Part shown: in pieces, positions 24,795 through 39,374 of the stretch
Layout: each line of letters starts with the position of its first letter
How positions within the stretch are numbered: position 1 is the first letter of the stretch
From: Hyaloraphidium curvatum SAG 235-1
Lineage: Eukaryota; Fungi; Monoblepharomycota
DNA length: 64,000 nucleotides
Assembly: GCA_025558095.1 (NCBI GenBank)
Contig: JAIVFI010000004.1
Span: 310,001 to 374,000 of the forward strand
Direction of reading: 5' to 3'
The notes under the pieces: model-generated
Seen by the model: only the letters and a program-made list of their open reading frames with translations
What the model was told of the DNA's origin: nothing
Databases searched by the model: none
Made by a program: the position numbers and the translations under genes

Positions 24795-27700
24795 CTATTT
24801 CGCGCTCCGGAGGAACACGTTGCGTCGGAACCTTGGCAGCACCAGATCTCCGGGCAGCGAAGGCAGCAGGCGCAGGCAGGCAGACTCGCAGTCCTTGAGC
24901 CCGACCTGCACGGAGCCCACCAGGTTGCGCGCAACCGTTGCCATCTGCTCGTCGGCGTCCGAGTCGGAAGGGTTCAGCGACTTGACTGTCGACACGATCT
25001 TTAGCTGCTTCGACAGGGTCGAGATGCGCTCCAGATCCAGTCCTAGCTGCCGCACGAGGGACGGATCGCTGCACGCGCGCAAGATTGGCCTCGCCTCCTG
25101 CGATAGCTCGTTCGCCTCCCCGATCATCTGCGCGCTGGCATCCAACAGCTCCTTCTTGAGGCGGGCCATTGTCACCAGGACATCAGCGGATCCAGACCTG
25201 GCAGCAGCATTGAGCTGCGCCTGCAGGTCGGCGATCCTTGCCAGGATCTGACTCATTGCAACCACATGCTGGATCAGCGGGTTCGAGACCTCGGACCATT
25301 GCGCGGAGGTGACTTGCAAGTCCACGGCGGCGGCCTACGCGAAGAACTGTGGTCAACATCACCGATCGCGGTTTGAGTGTACGACCAAACCTTCAGCGGC
25401 TCCTTCGCGGCCTGCTCCGATTCCATAGGTTGAGGTTCGGCTGCGTCGACGATCATGACCTCCTTGCCGTCCATGACCGCTTCCTTGGTTTCACCGAGCA
25501 CCGTTGGCACCCATTCTTCCGTTGATCCTGACGGCGCACTTTCTTCCTCTTCGTAAATGGTTGGAAGGGCCTCTGCCTTCCTGCGTCGCGTCTCGACCCG
25601 AATGAGCCCGTCCAATCGATCCACCACCAGCCCGAGGTCTTCTACATCCGGCCTGATTCCTTCGAGGATCTCAGCAAGGTATGTCGGAGTAACCAAAGCG
25701 GCGCTGTTCTCGGCGTCATCTAGAAGCACCGACGCCTTGGATGCTATGTTGATGGCAACTGCGCGGCGGTCGTCAGCATGCGCTCGGAAACGCTTCACAG
25801 CTGATACACACTGTGCTCGAGGGCGTCACACTCGTCAAGAACCTTGGCCGAATAAGCCTCCTGTTCCCCGTGCATTTCGGCATCATTTCTGGCGATTGAA
25901 GTGCACTCTGCAACCCTTTCCAAGAGGGATTTTAGGACGTGCTTGGCCGCTGAGGGGCTCTGCATGACCTCCGGACTGAAAAGGCGGTTCGACATGTCCT
26001 TGATGATGTGCTCTAGTCGGGGAATGCTTTCGATCAGCAAGCTTTGCCGGACAGAATCGCGAGAAACCTACTGGCTGCGCCGATCATGATCCCGGTGTCA
26101 AACTCTGCCGTCCGATTCTCGGCGATGCCGCTGCCGACCGTTTCGCGAAGGCGCTTGACACCCGTTTGCCACGCGCCCTTCACACCGTCCCAGTGTTCCT
26201 TCGCAGTCGCACCGCCGACAACCTCCGAGACGGCAGCCGCAAGCTGAGCTGCGGCGCTCACGATCGGAACCAGGTGCTTCAGATCCTCCACCCTCCCGAC
26301 GACCGCATCACGGTCGCGCCGGCCGACAAGGCCGCAGTCAGCTGCCTTGTTCACCGCGCTCCTGACGGCATCCAGATTCTCGTCGAGGCGATCCCCGTTC
26401 CTCATGCTCATCGGGTCCTCCATGACCAGCTCCGATTCCTCTTCGATTGCATACAGGGCCCTCTGGCACGATCCGATTGTGTAGGAAGCCACCTGATCGT
26501 GGACGGCAGTAATCTGCCCGACGAGAGCAAAAGCGTGCGCAAGTAGCGATCGCACGCTCTCTTTTCCGGATCGGGCCGCGAGCTCCGTCAACGTAAGCGC
26601 CAACTTGCGAAGCGCCTCGGCCGACGGGTTGGTGGTGAGGTTTGGTGGGTCTGCGAGCCTGGCGGTCAACAACGTGGCGAGAAAGTCACTGGCAGGCATT
26701 TACCTTCGGCCAGCAAGGCCGTATTGTCGCTAATCTTGCGCAGCTCATCCGCAGCGCTTCGCACCCCTTCGGCGTCGTTGCGCTTAGCGGCATTAACGAG
26801 CTTGGTCAGAGCCTTGTTCGCAAGCTCCGGCTGGGGCTCATGGTCGATCGGCGCCGCCCTCGATCCCGCAAGCTCGGCTCCTCCGACGGTATCTTCGATT
26901 CCAAGCCTCTGAAATTCCTCGCGGAGCTCGTCCAGCACACCGATGCCTGTCGATCCGCCGTTGTCCGGGTCCGTGCTAAGTGATGTTTGCAAGCTGCCGC
27001 ACAAGTCCTTGATGATCTGTGCCCAGATGTGCTTCACCCCCTTAGCTTGGACCGTGCTTTGGCCAGCAACGTCGGCTTCGACCTCGCAACGGACCGCGTT
27101 GCCGAGCAGCGGCCAGTAGCGCTCCATGTTGGCGACGCCGTCCGAAATCTGGCGTAGGATTTCGGGCCACGGGGCCAGCTCGGGAAGGCGCGACTTGACG
27201 GCATCGACCATGCGGCTTGCGTCGTCCGAGGTTGATCGCAGAATCTCGGAGAGCCTGTCCACGTCCGCCTGGGTCCAGTTCCCCTGCGGGCCGCGCGCAG
27301 GTACGAACGCGGTGATCCTTTCGATGCCGTTCACCACGAGGAGGCATGAACGAACGATCTTTGCGACTTCGATCCGGTCGGAAATGTCCAGGACGCGCGC
27401 GGTGCCGTGAAGAATGCCCCGCACAGCTTCGACGAGCATGTCCCGGCCGGTAGCGGAGAGCGAGTCCTCGAAAAGAAGATCGCTGGCATCGATGAGGGAC
27501 GACGACGAGGACAACAACAGGTCGATGCTCGGTCGGAGGAGCTGTGCCAGGGTGTTGAGCTGTTTCGAAGTCTCTGTCCTTCGGTCAGCAGAAACCCCGG
27601 CAAACCCGGGCAGAATCGTCCAGACCTCCGGGCGCCTGCTGCAGGTTCAATATGCTTTCCAAGACGGTCTCCGCCGCGCGCGCGAGGTTCTTGACCTGGG

Positions 27701-27848
27701 TGTCCACCGCCCCGGAAAACTGTCTCAGGTCGGGCCAGCCTGCCGCGGCCCGGCTGGAGCCCATCTCCAGCTCGGCATTGAACACGACGAGCTGAGCAAG
27801 AGAGTCGGAGATGGGAGAAAGGACCTCACGGACTGTTGCCGTGAACAT
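24795..27848 (-). CDS. Vinculin / alpha-catenin family protein, multi-exon
   Basis: N-terminus MFTATVREVLSPISDSLAQLVV..PDL..AVDTQVKNL resembles vinculin D1. C-terminus LERISTLSKQLKIVSTVK..EQMATVARNL..V..CESA matches the vinculin tail. Confidence 0.85.
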
Positions 27849-27985
27849 TGTGGGGTTCGGAATTTCAGCTTTCCAGGGTTCGAGTCAGTTGTTGTGGACC
27901 CGAAGTGCGGCGCGACAGAAGATGGCGACCACGCACGTTACAGCCAGCTTACGCCGCGAAAGAAAACGAGTCAATCTGCTCTTCC

Positions 27986-28684
27986 CTATCTTGCAAGCGC
28001 GGATCGCGATGCGTGGGGAGGCGGGCCGGGCCGCTCGCTGCGGAGAATACTTTCGATGTCCCACGGGCCAGGCTCCCAGCGATCCAGCATGCCGCGTATC
28101 GATTCCTCGGGGACCCCGTGCGTGTTGCGGGCAATGAGATCCGGTACCGATCGCGCGATCCACCAGGGTGTCGAAGGCTCCAGGACTTGAACTTCGTACC
28201 CGTACCGAAGAGCCAGTTCTACGTACGGTCTGAACGGGGCAACACGCATATGAAGTCGGCCACAACAAGTGTCGGGGTGCCGATCCCACCTTGCCTCCCA
28301 TCGGCACACGTTTGTGTTGTCCACGATCACAGTGCCGAGCTCCCGTTCGCACTCGGACTCACACCGCTGCCGGTTCCACTCGTGAGCAGCGCCGAGAAGT
28401 GTACGATCAAAGACATAGCGCCCGTCTTGGTCGAAGTAATCGTCCGTTGACAGAATGACGCCCCGTGAAGTGGCCCCCGCCGTTCGAAGGCCCAGAATCT
28501 GCTTTGCCAGAAACGACTTGCCGGATCCAGGCGCACCCCTCATAATGAACATGCGTTTGGTGTCCGACGGGGCGAAACGCGTGTCCGCCGAAGCGGGCTC
28601 GGACACGCGCGTTTGTGCCGAAGAGGGCGCCGGTGCGACAGGCAAGGCTGCCGCTGGCTTCGAGGCCGCCGCGGCGTGGCTCAT
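27986..28684 (-). CDS. NEDD4-binding protein 2-like P-loop kinase (AAA_33), 1 intron
   Basis: FIMRGAPGSGKS, ILSTDDYF, AHEWN, VIVDNTN..WE..PYV, EPSTPW and RNTHGVP motifs. Confidence 0.88.
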   Translation of the reverse strand: MSHAAAASKPAAALPVAPAPSSAQTRVSEPASADTRFAPSDTKRMFIMRGAPGSGKSFLAKQILGLRTAGATSRGVILSTDDYFDQDGRYVFDRTLLGAAHEWNRQRCESECERELGTVIVDNTNVCRWEARWDRHPDTCCGRLHMRVAPFRPYVELALRYGYEVQVLEPSTPWWIARSVPDLIARNTHGVPEESIRGMLDRWEPGPWDIESILRSERPGPPPHASRSALAR

Positions 28685-28879
28685 CGCGGGTCAAATGTGC
28701 TCAATGCCGGGGCTACCGAGCGCTCCACGGGCACTTTCGGTGGCGCGGTCGGGGGCGCGAGCGCGCGAGACTTGCACGGTCGCTCCCTCATCAACGTGGT
28801 TGAGCCCTGAATGCTACACGCCCTCCGCGCCGGCCAATCCCGTGTTTTCGCCCGCTCCTTCCACGCATCGTCTCGTAAC

Positions 28880-29431
28880 ATGGGTTCGTGACGCTGCCAG
28901 AGCGCGATTCGCCCCGTTTAACGATCCTGCCGTGCTTCTGCCTACGTCCCATCCCGCCGGCGTTTCGGCATGCCATCTGCCTTTTCCGCAGGTGTCAAGG
29001 TCACTTCGCTGCAGGCTGGGGACGGAAAGAGCTACCCGAAGAAGGGCGACAAGGTCACCATTCACTACGTCGGCACCCTGAAGGACGGAAAGAAGTTCGA
29101 CAGCAGCAGGGACCGCGGCCAGCCCTTCCAGTGCACCATCGGCGTCGGTCAGGTCATCAAGGTGACCGCAGTTTGCTTTTACAATGACTTGGAAGCAGCG
29201 CTCATCATGATTGTAGGGCTGGGACGAGGGCGTTCCCCAGATCTCCGTGGGCGAGAAGGCCAAGCTGGAGATCACGCCCGACTACGGCTACGGCGCTCGC
29301 GGAGCCGGCGGCGTCATTCCCCCGAACGCCGACCTCATTTGTACGTTTTGTGGCCGAAACGAGGACTCGGCATTTGCTGACCCGATCATTGTCACCTCAA
29401 AGTCGAGGTCGAGCTCCTCAAGATCAACTGA
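28880..29431 (+). CDS. FPR1: FKBP12 peptidyl-prolyl isomerase, 3 introns
   Basis: Spliced [90 protein letters not shown]. Confidence 0.96.
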
Positions 29432-29600
29432 TGCTCTCTCTTTTGTTGAGCAAAGTCCGTGTTATGCTGTCTCGCTATTGCGGACCAATCGAGGCAATAG
29501 ATCATGCTAAGCTAAGCCGACGATAAGATTCATTTGTGCAAAAGGCGACAGAGAGGGTATCAGGGTATCACATCAGCACCAGCACCACCGTGACACCAGT

Positions 29601-31243
<1,643 letters not shown>

Positions 31244-31512
31244 CGTGCCCGGGACGCGAGGATTTGTCGCGCAAGCTCGCGAGGCGGCTCCACCCGGAAC
31301 CCTTTTACCGTGGACAAGTCGTGACACAGCAGTTCCAGTTGCCCCGCCCGATCCGGGCAGAATAACAAAAGCAGCAATTCTAAGATGCCCGCAGATTCTT
31401 CAGGAGCGCCAGCCTCTTGACTTCGCGCCCGCCGGCTGTCTCTTCCACGACGATCCTGCAATCACCGTTGTGAGCCGCGATCTGGGGTCACAAGGTCCAC
31501 GGAAGGCGGAAC

Positions 31513-34500
31513 TTACGTGCCGACATCCTCCTCCTCCTCCTCGACATATCCGTACTTCGAAAGGGTCCTGAAATCGCATCAGTGAGCCACGGTGTCCGAG
31601 AATGTCAAGCGCAAGTTCCCTACCGCGTAAGGTGCTGGAGATCAAGCCACCACGGCTTCTCCAAGGCCTTGCGCTTGACGAGATCGGTTTCCGCCATCAG
31701 GGTCTCAATCGGCGTGAAGACGACTTCTGCACCCCTGATACCGATGACTGCCGCAGTTTCCGGCTGCGGGCAGTAAACTGACTGCAGCTTTGCCGACGGT
31801 CCGCCTTTGGAGGACGAAGTCTTGGCTGCGGCCGCTGCTGCAATGGCCGCGATCGCGGTGTGTGCGCTCGAGACGGTGTTGATACCGCCGGTGTCCGAGG
31901 GCAACAGGGGCGTCGTCGTCCTCCTCTGGGGAGTGGCGCTTGCGGTTCTGTCCTTGCCTGCCGGCACCAGGTCGGCAAGTCGCCGATCGATGCTGGCGAG
32001 CGCGTTGGCCTCGACCCATTCGGCGCAGGAGACGGCCATCCGCGTTGCGCGGATCCGGTCCAACGGGCTGGGCACGCCCCCCTGCTGAACATGTCCGAGT
32101 GTCGCTGTCCTCGAATCGAAAAGCCCCCGGCCCTCCTCGTGGAAGATGCTGGAGAGGACTTCTGTCGTGTACGTGCTGCCGCTGACGCCCTCGTTCCTCA
32201 GAATGATTCTCCCTTCGTTGGGAATGCCGAGTTCGTCCTCTTCGCTGTACCGCCGGATGAGGTGCTTGACGTCGTTCTGCAGCCGTTCCAGGTTCACCCC
32301 TTCCTCCGGAATGTAGCAGTTTGTTGCGCCCGTGGCAAGGCCACCCAGAGTGGCCAGGTAGCCGCAGTTGCCTCCCTGGACTTCGACAACGAAAACCCGC
32401 TTGCGACTGGCAGCGGCGCTGAGCTTGATGGTGTCGCACGCTGACACGATCGCGTTCAGCGCCGTGTCGGAACCGATCGAGTAGTCCGTTCCCGGTACGT
32501 TGTTGGAGACTGTGGCAGGCAGATGGACGATCGGGATGCAGAAAGCCGGGTAGATGCTCCTCCCTTGGTACAAAGTGATCACGGACGTGAGCGCCTGCAG
32601 AAGCGTTAGCTGCGCCACCTGCCGACGAAGCCCCACCGACCTCAAATCCACCAACAATCATGAGCGCCTGGATGTTGAACTTTTGCAGGTTGTAGGCGAT
32701 GAGAGCGATGTCGACGAAAGAGCCCCCCTTTGACTTGATCGACAATCCAGCGGGGGTCGCCAGGGGACTCGGCTGGTCGCGGTTGGTTCCCAGCTCGCTG
32801 CCGCCCTTTGTAGTCCACCCGTTCACGTCCGCCCAGCTCAGAACCTTCATGCTCCCTTCCGACAAGCCCACAAAGCCGTTGAAAATGCCCAGAACCGTGT
32901 GGCCGCGGTTGAGCAGAAGCCGAACGAAGGCCCTGGTGGCAGCGTTCATGCCTCCGGCCGGGGCGCCGACGTGCATTACAGCAACGCGCAGCTTCCTCTC
33001 CGGATCCACCGGCATGTCTCCGATCTGCTGCGAAATGATGGTGGACATGACGTAGGCATCGTAGGCGGCCTGAAAATCGGGATCGCGGAGCTCCATAGCG
33101 CGAGCAAAGTCATGCTTCGCGACCGCCGCGGCAACCTCGTGGGTCTAGAATGGAAGACGATTTAGGGAAGGACAGCCAGCGAAACGCACAGGCGTACCAT
33201 CTTGACCGCTTCCATGAGCGGGATCTTGATGATCTGGTTGTTGCTCATCCCAATCATGGGACTCGGCGTCTCGGGGGTGGATTCGAGGACGGCATCGACA
33301 GCCTTGGCACCTTGAACGGTTCCCAGGTAGCGGTCGAAGGCGCTCGGCGTCCCTCCCCTCTGAACATGGCCGAGAAGCGTGACCCTGGTGTCCAGGCCCA
33401 ACCTCTCCTCCAGAACCTTCTTCACCATGTCGCTGGTGATGGGCTTCAGGTCGCGGTCGATGGCGCCCTCCGCAACGATCACGATCGTCTTCTTGTTCCC
33501 CATCTTGCGCGCTCGTGCCAGAGACTCGCACATTTCCGTCTGCCAGTCACTGTAGGCCTCAGTCAACGGCGGGGGTCGCTCCGGCAGGAACACCCAGTCG
33601 GCAGCGACGGCAATGGCCGCCATGAGCGCCAACCAGCCGCAATGGCGACCCATCACCTCCACGACAAAGGCACGCTGATGGCTGAGTGCCGTGGAAACGA
33701 TAGAATCTAGCGACTCGCAGATCCGGTGGAGCGAGGTATTGGCGCCGATAGTGATGTCTGGCCGACAGGGGTCAGCAGCTACGCTCGCGTCCCTCAGTTA
33801 TCTGGAAACCCACCAGTGCTTGCCATGTCGTTATCAATGCTGCCAACGAGGCCCACGATCGTGAGCATCTTCTTGACGGGCTCCGCCTGCTCGGCAGTGA
33901 TCCTATTCTGGCTCAGCAGCTCTTCGATGAGGCTCGGCCACTCGGACCGCAGCATGTCTGCCCCCGTGAGCGATCCGTCGCCGCCGCAGACAATGAGGGC
34001 ATCGATACCGGCAAGAACCATGTTGAACGCCGCCCTCAGTCGGCCTTCGCGCTTGCGAAAGTCGACCGAACGGGCACTGCCGATCACGGTGCCCCCCTGT
34101 GGTGTTATGACAGGTCAAAAAAAGGCTTTGCGGTCCGGCACGGAGTTGAAGTCGCACCAAACTCATGATCCCGCGGACGTCTTCCCAGCCGACGCGCTTG
34201 AGCTTGCTGCCACCGTCAACGAGGCCCTGCCACCCCTCAAAAACAACGTAGGGAATGCAGCCACGAGCCAGGCTCATCCTGACGACCGCTCGAACGGCCG
34301 CATTCATTCCTGAGACGCTGGACCGTGAGCGCTGGATCCCCGAGCCCAAGGAATCGCGGCCCACCCGAAGAATCGCCTCCCGAGGTCAACACGCCGATCC
34401 TTTTCCTCCTCCGCGATGATCCAGTCAGCAAACCCGACGGGACGTTGGATGCAATCGGAAGAGGGAGGGAGATTCTGGCAGGCTGCCGCGCAAACGGGCT

Positions 34501-35101
34501 CCGCGACGCGGTCGTGAAGCACAAGAGGTTCCCCAACGGGTCGTATGTGAAGAGCTCCGAGAATCCTGGCTCGTTCACGTCCGCCGAAGCGTGGTTGACG
34601 CGGAGGTTCGGGCTATCCAGGGACCGAAGGATGCCTTGGACAGCCTGTCGGGAACGTTGAGCTTAGCAGTCACAAAAGGTCGCCGAGGATGCCCACCCCG
34701 ATATCGGCGACCAGGAAACTGAAGGTTACGATCTCCTTCCCAATCTCGTTCCGGTCCAGAGCGCGGCTCTTTTCCTGGAGGCGTTCCAGGTAGTCCTCCT
34801 TTAGCTCAACCGTTTCCGGATCGTGGAAAACGACCAGCCTGATGCTGAGCTCATTCTCCCCCGTCGCGGCAAACAGATGGAGCCACGCTTCGATGTCCTC
34901 GTGCCCGCTGGTGCCGTTTGCCAGGGTCTGTCCAGGCGCCGGGGGCTCTTCCGAACCTCCGCTGAGCGAGACGGTCGGGATCCCCAGGGCATTGTAGAAG
35001 AGGATGACGCGCTCAAAGAGCTGCCGGTTCGGCGCGGCCAGCGTGATGTGTGAGACCGCTTGAACGCCCGGCCGCACGGCGCCCGCATCCCCGCCGTTCA
35101 T
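31513..35101 (-). CDS. PFK: ATP-dependent 6-phosphofructokinase, fungal type with N-terminal Pfk_N domain, multi-exon
   Basis: [53 protein letters not shown]; second half [10 protein letters not shown] and [12 protein letters not shown]. Confidence 0.96.
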
Positions 35102-35561
35102 GGTACGATGGGTCACGCCGTGAGAACTCAAGGGGTCCAACGCGCTAATCTTCCCGGGGCGACGCGGGTAGGGCGACGCACCGGGGGTGGCGCTCAGAGA
35201 TTATCTGCGCGTTCGCGCGTCCGCGTGGTCCGCCGCAACCCCCAGGCTGGTGATCTGATCGATACTCCGCCCCACCACACGAAGAGATCGGCGAAAGAAA
35301 CGACTCCGTCATGTGGCTTCGGCAGTGGGCAAGATTGCATCAAACTCTCGGTCTCCCGGCTGCCTTCGCGAGCGGATCGACGCCTCCGATGTTTGGGTGG
35401 ACACACGTGCACTACACATGGACTGTTGAGGGTGAAGCGACGATGTTCACGCATAATGTACAGATTACACCAAATCATGGTATCCAGTAGTCTATGCCTT
35501 TGGCCAGGCGGTCATCCGCCGGGTATCTCGGTTCCAGCCTGCGTCCTCCCGGGCGCCTGCT

Positions 35562-38500
35562 TCAGGCCTGCACGGTCATGCGCTCCACCTGCTCCGTCGT
35601 CTTGGCGATCGAGGCGTCGCTTTCCCACTTGGCTGCGGGCTCCTCGGCATCCCCGGCCGCGACGCTGGGGCTGGAGCCAAACACCTCGGGGATCTCCCCG
35701 CGGATGATGGTCATGCTCCTCGGGTCGTTCATGGGCGCGACGCCCGGCATCTGCACCTGCGAGACGCCGCGGGAGAAGGGCTTGGCCGAGGGGCCGACGG
35801 GCCTGACCGATGGGTGCAGGTTGTCGGGCACCACGATCGACGCGCAGCTGGCCGCCTTGAGTACGGCCGAGATGAGCGACGAGGCCGAAGCCTGGGCATC
35901 GTAGCCCTCGGCGGCAGCCATGGTGTCCTGCAGGCGATCGGGGGTCAGCTTCGCGGCAGCGGATCGCAGCCGCCGTTGGTGCCCACCTGCTCAAAGAAGA
36001 AGAGGCTCTTGTACTTGGCCTTCTTGTCGTCCGCATCCGCGTCCGCCTCGCGGGCCACAGGGCGCTCCCCGGATCCGGAGGCAGCCCCGCCCTCAGAAAA
36101 ACCCGCGGCAGGCTTGGGCGGGAGGATGCCGTCGACGTCGTCGCGGACGGCGGCGAGGCGCTGCAGCAGGCGCTCGTGGAAGGCCTTCTCGGCCTCGAGC
36201 TTGTTGAGCGCGGCGAGGAAGCTCTTGCGGATCTCGACCATGGGGTTCGAGGCGTTGACCATCTCGAACTGCTTGGACATGTCGTCGAACTGCTTGGAGA
36301 TGGCCCCGTGCAGCTCGCCGACCCGGCCGGCGACCTCGTTGCACTTGGCGTCGTAGATCCCGCGGGCCTCGTCCAGCTCGCGGCGGTCCTTCTCCATCTC
36401 GCGGTCGAACATGTTGCGCATCTGCGCGACCTGCACGTCGACGATCTTGGTCAGCACGTTGAGCATCTCGACGTCCTCGGTGAGCTGCGGATCGAAGCCT
36501 AGTCAGCGACGTGCACGGAAACCGCAAGCAAGCCGCGCAGCAGCCCACCTTCTGGGTGTCCAGCCTGAACTTCTCGTGGAAGTGCTCCGAGAACTGCACG
36601 ATCTGCTGCTCGAACCTCGCCAGCGACTCGAGCTCCGGCGCCCCGTCCTTGGGGAACCTGAAGCGCCCCTTGAGCGGCGCGATGGCCGCCACCAGCGCCT
36701 CGAGCTGCGCCGCGTACCCGGCGCGCTCCGTGGCCAGCGTCGCCTTCTCCTCGTCCAGCTGTGCCAGCTGCCTCCGCAGGTCGGCGACCGAGGCCTGCAC
36801 GGGGCGGCGCGACTCGAGGTCGATGCGGGCCTCGAACGAGTCGGCGACCTCCTTCTTGCGCTGGATGCGCTCGTTGAGCATGATCAGGAGGCGGCCGCGG
36901 TCGCGGATCGAGTCGACCTGCTCGTCGACCCTGTCGGAGCCCTCGAGCTCGGCGATGCGGCGCACGAGGGCGTCGATCTTCTTCATCGGCGGGTCGACGG
37001 CCGCGAAGTCGGTCGAGGGCCGGGTGACGGCCGCGGCGAGGGCGCGGGTGACGAAGGACAGCACCTTCTCGGGCCTGCCGCGGGCGAGCGTGCCGCGGAC
37101 GGCGGCGAACTCGGCCTCGCACGGGTCGAACGAGGCGTCGTACGATGCGAGCGAGGCCGCCCTGCGGGCCACCTTGTCGAGCCGCTCGGTGAGGTACGAC
37201 TCGAGCGGGAACACCATGGGGCCGAGCACGCTCTTGACGGCGTCGTTGGTGGCGAGGTCCAGGGCCGGGTGGCAGTTCTCGTCCGTGAGCGGGAGCATCT
37301 CGGGGAACCGCGCCAGCAGGTCGCGCACGATGCCCGAGTGCCCGGCGGCGGCGGCGATCATGACGGCGTTGCGGCCCAGGCGGTCCACGCACGTGTGGTC
37401 GACCTGCTCGGCGACGAGGTACTTGACGATCTGCAACACTCGGGTCAGCGGTGCATCTTGCTGCGGTGCGTGCACCCCGGACATACCTCGGAGCTGCCCT
37501 GGCCTGCGGCCAGCAGCAGCGGCGTGTTCCCGCGGTAGTCCGCGGCGTCGAGCACGGACCTGTCCGCCCCCCGGAGCACCCTGAGCACCTCAGTGAGCCC
37601 CGCGATGGTTGCCACGTGGGCGGGGGTGTATCCCTCGCGGTCCTGCTTGGACAGGTCCGCGCCCTTGCTCACGAGGCACCCGGCGACCTCGACGCGGCGC
37701 TGGTCCAGGGCCAGCAGCAGCGGCGTCGCGCCGAGGGCGTCCACGGCGTCGATCATGCCGGGCCGGATGTTGAGGATGAACCGGACGACGTCCATGTGGC
37801 CGCGCAGGCCGGCGACGTGCAGGATGTTGCGGCGGTTCTCGTCCGTGGCGTCGGCGTTGGCGCCGCGGTCGATCAGGAGGCGGAGCACGTTGAGGCGGCC
37901 GTTGGCGGCGGCCTCGGTGACGGCGGACCAGCCGCGGAAGTCGGCCCAGTTGAGGTGCTCGGGCTGGGGGTAGCGCTCGATCAGCTTCTGGACGGTGCTG
38001 TGCGGATGGGGTGGATCAGCTGGTGCGTCTCGGCGAGGCAACGAGGCCACCAACTCGAGGAATCCGTTGCGCGCAGCCAGCTGCAGGGGCGACGGAAGCT
38101 TGCGGTCCGAGGTGAGGTAGCGGGCGCCGGTGTCGAGGAAGCGCTCGACGACTGTCGGAGACATCCATCAGCGACATCAGAGTGCAACGAAAGCGGTCCG
38201 ACGTACTGGCATCGAAGCCGTAGTGGCTGGCGTACATGAGCGCGGTCCAGCCACTGTCGTCGGTGTCGTCGACCGCGGCGCCGCGGTCGAGGAGGAGGGT
38301 GACGGCTGCGGCCGCCGGGGTGAGTTTGACGAGCGGGCGGAGGGCTCCGCGGCGGACCCACTGGACTCCCGGCCCCAGGTCGAGGCCCACATCAGCGGGT
38401 TCCTGCCCTTCTTGTCCCTCTTCTTCATGTCGGCCCTGTTGTTGAGCAGGAGACGGATGATGTCGTCGCGGCCTGTCACGTGCGAACAGGGTGAGATTCC

Positions 38501-39043
38501 GGTGCACGGATCGGCCGCAAAGCAGGGGAAAACCCACCCTCCTGGGCGGCAAACATGAGGCCCGTGTGTCCCTCCTGGAATGGGCGCAAGAGACCGGCTG
38601 TCAGACCCGAAGTGCGTGCGATGCGGGGGCGGCAAACAAGGACGCACCGAGTCGGCGTCGTCCACCAGCTGGTCGATCGCGATCCCGCCCGACTTGAGCA
38701 GCCCCGCCATCGCGGCGAGGTCGCCATTTGCCAGCGCCCTGGTCCACATGCCGCCGGGCGTGGTCGCGTCGACGTCGTCCACGCACGGGCGGATCCGCGG
38801 GGTGTCGGAGCCCGGCTGGGCGGCGACGCCCGGGGACAGGTCCTGCTTGCCCAGCGTGGCCGATCGGGACAGGCCGACGACCGAGGTCACGGCGACGTCG
38901 ACGGTGGGCTTGGGCGCGGGGGCGGCGACGTTGGGCGCCGGCGCGGGGACCGGCATCGGCGCGGCGGCGGCGTCGGCGGCATGCTTCTTGGCCTTGGAGT
39001 CGGACTTTTTCCTGCGGTGCAGGAGCGAGACGCCGCTGAACAT
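35562..39043 (-). CDS. Ankyrin-repeat protein with C-terminal coiled coil, multi-exon
   Basis: Roughly 10 ankyrin-like repeats (GWTALMYA, GWSAVTEAA, GATPLLLA, GYTPAHVA, GNTPLLLAA), then coiled-coil exons. 3' end tentative. Confidence 0.82.
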
Positions 39044-39374
39044 GTCTGCTGCGGCGCTTTGAGGTCTGGCGGGTGCCGGTCTGCGGGGGGACGCTTGTTA
39101 GGCGGCGGGGACACGGGGGCGCCGCGGGGCCGGCGGCGGCGATGGGCGGCGGGTGGGCCGCCGGGAGCTCGGCGCACCTGCGAGCGAGCTTTGCGGCGTG
39201 CGATGGGCGCCTCTCTGGCTGTGCAGCGTGCTCGCCTGCGTCAGCTTTGGGGATCGGGTGTGTTGTTTGGCCCTCGTTCGCCTAGCCGCCTTAAATAGCG
39301 CGAGCGAAGACCGGCGAACTCCGCCGGCTCTCCTTTTGCCAACCCGCGGCATCCCGGCGCAGGCCCCGGCCGCG

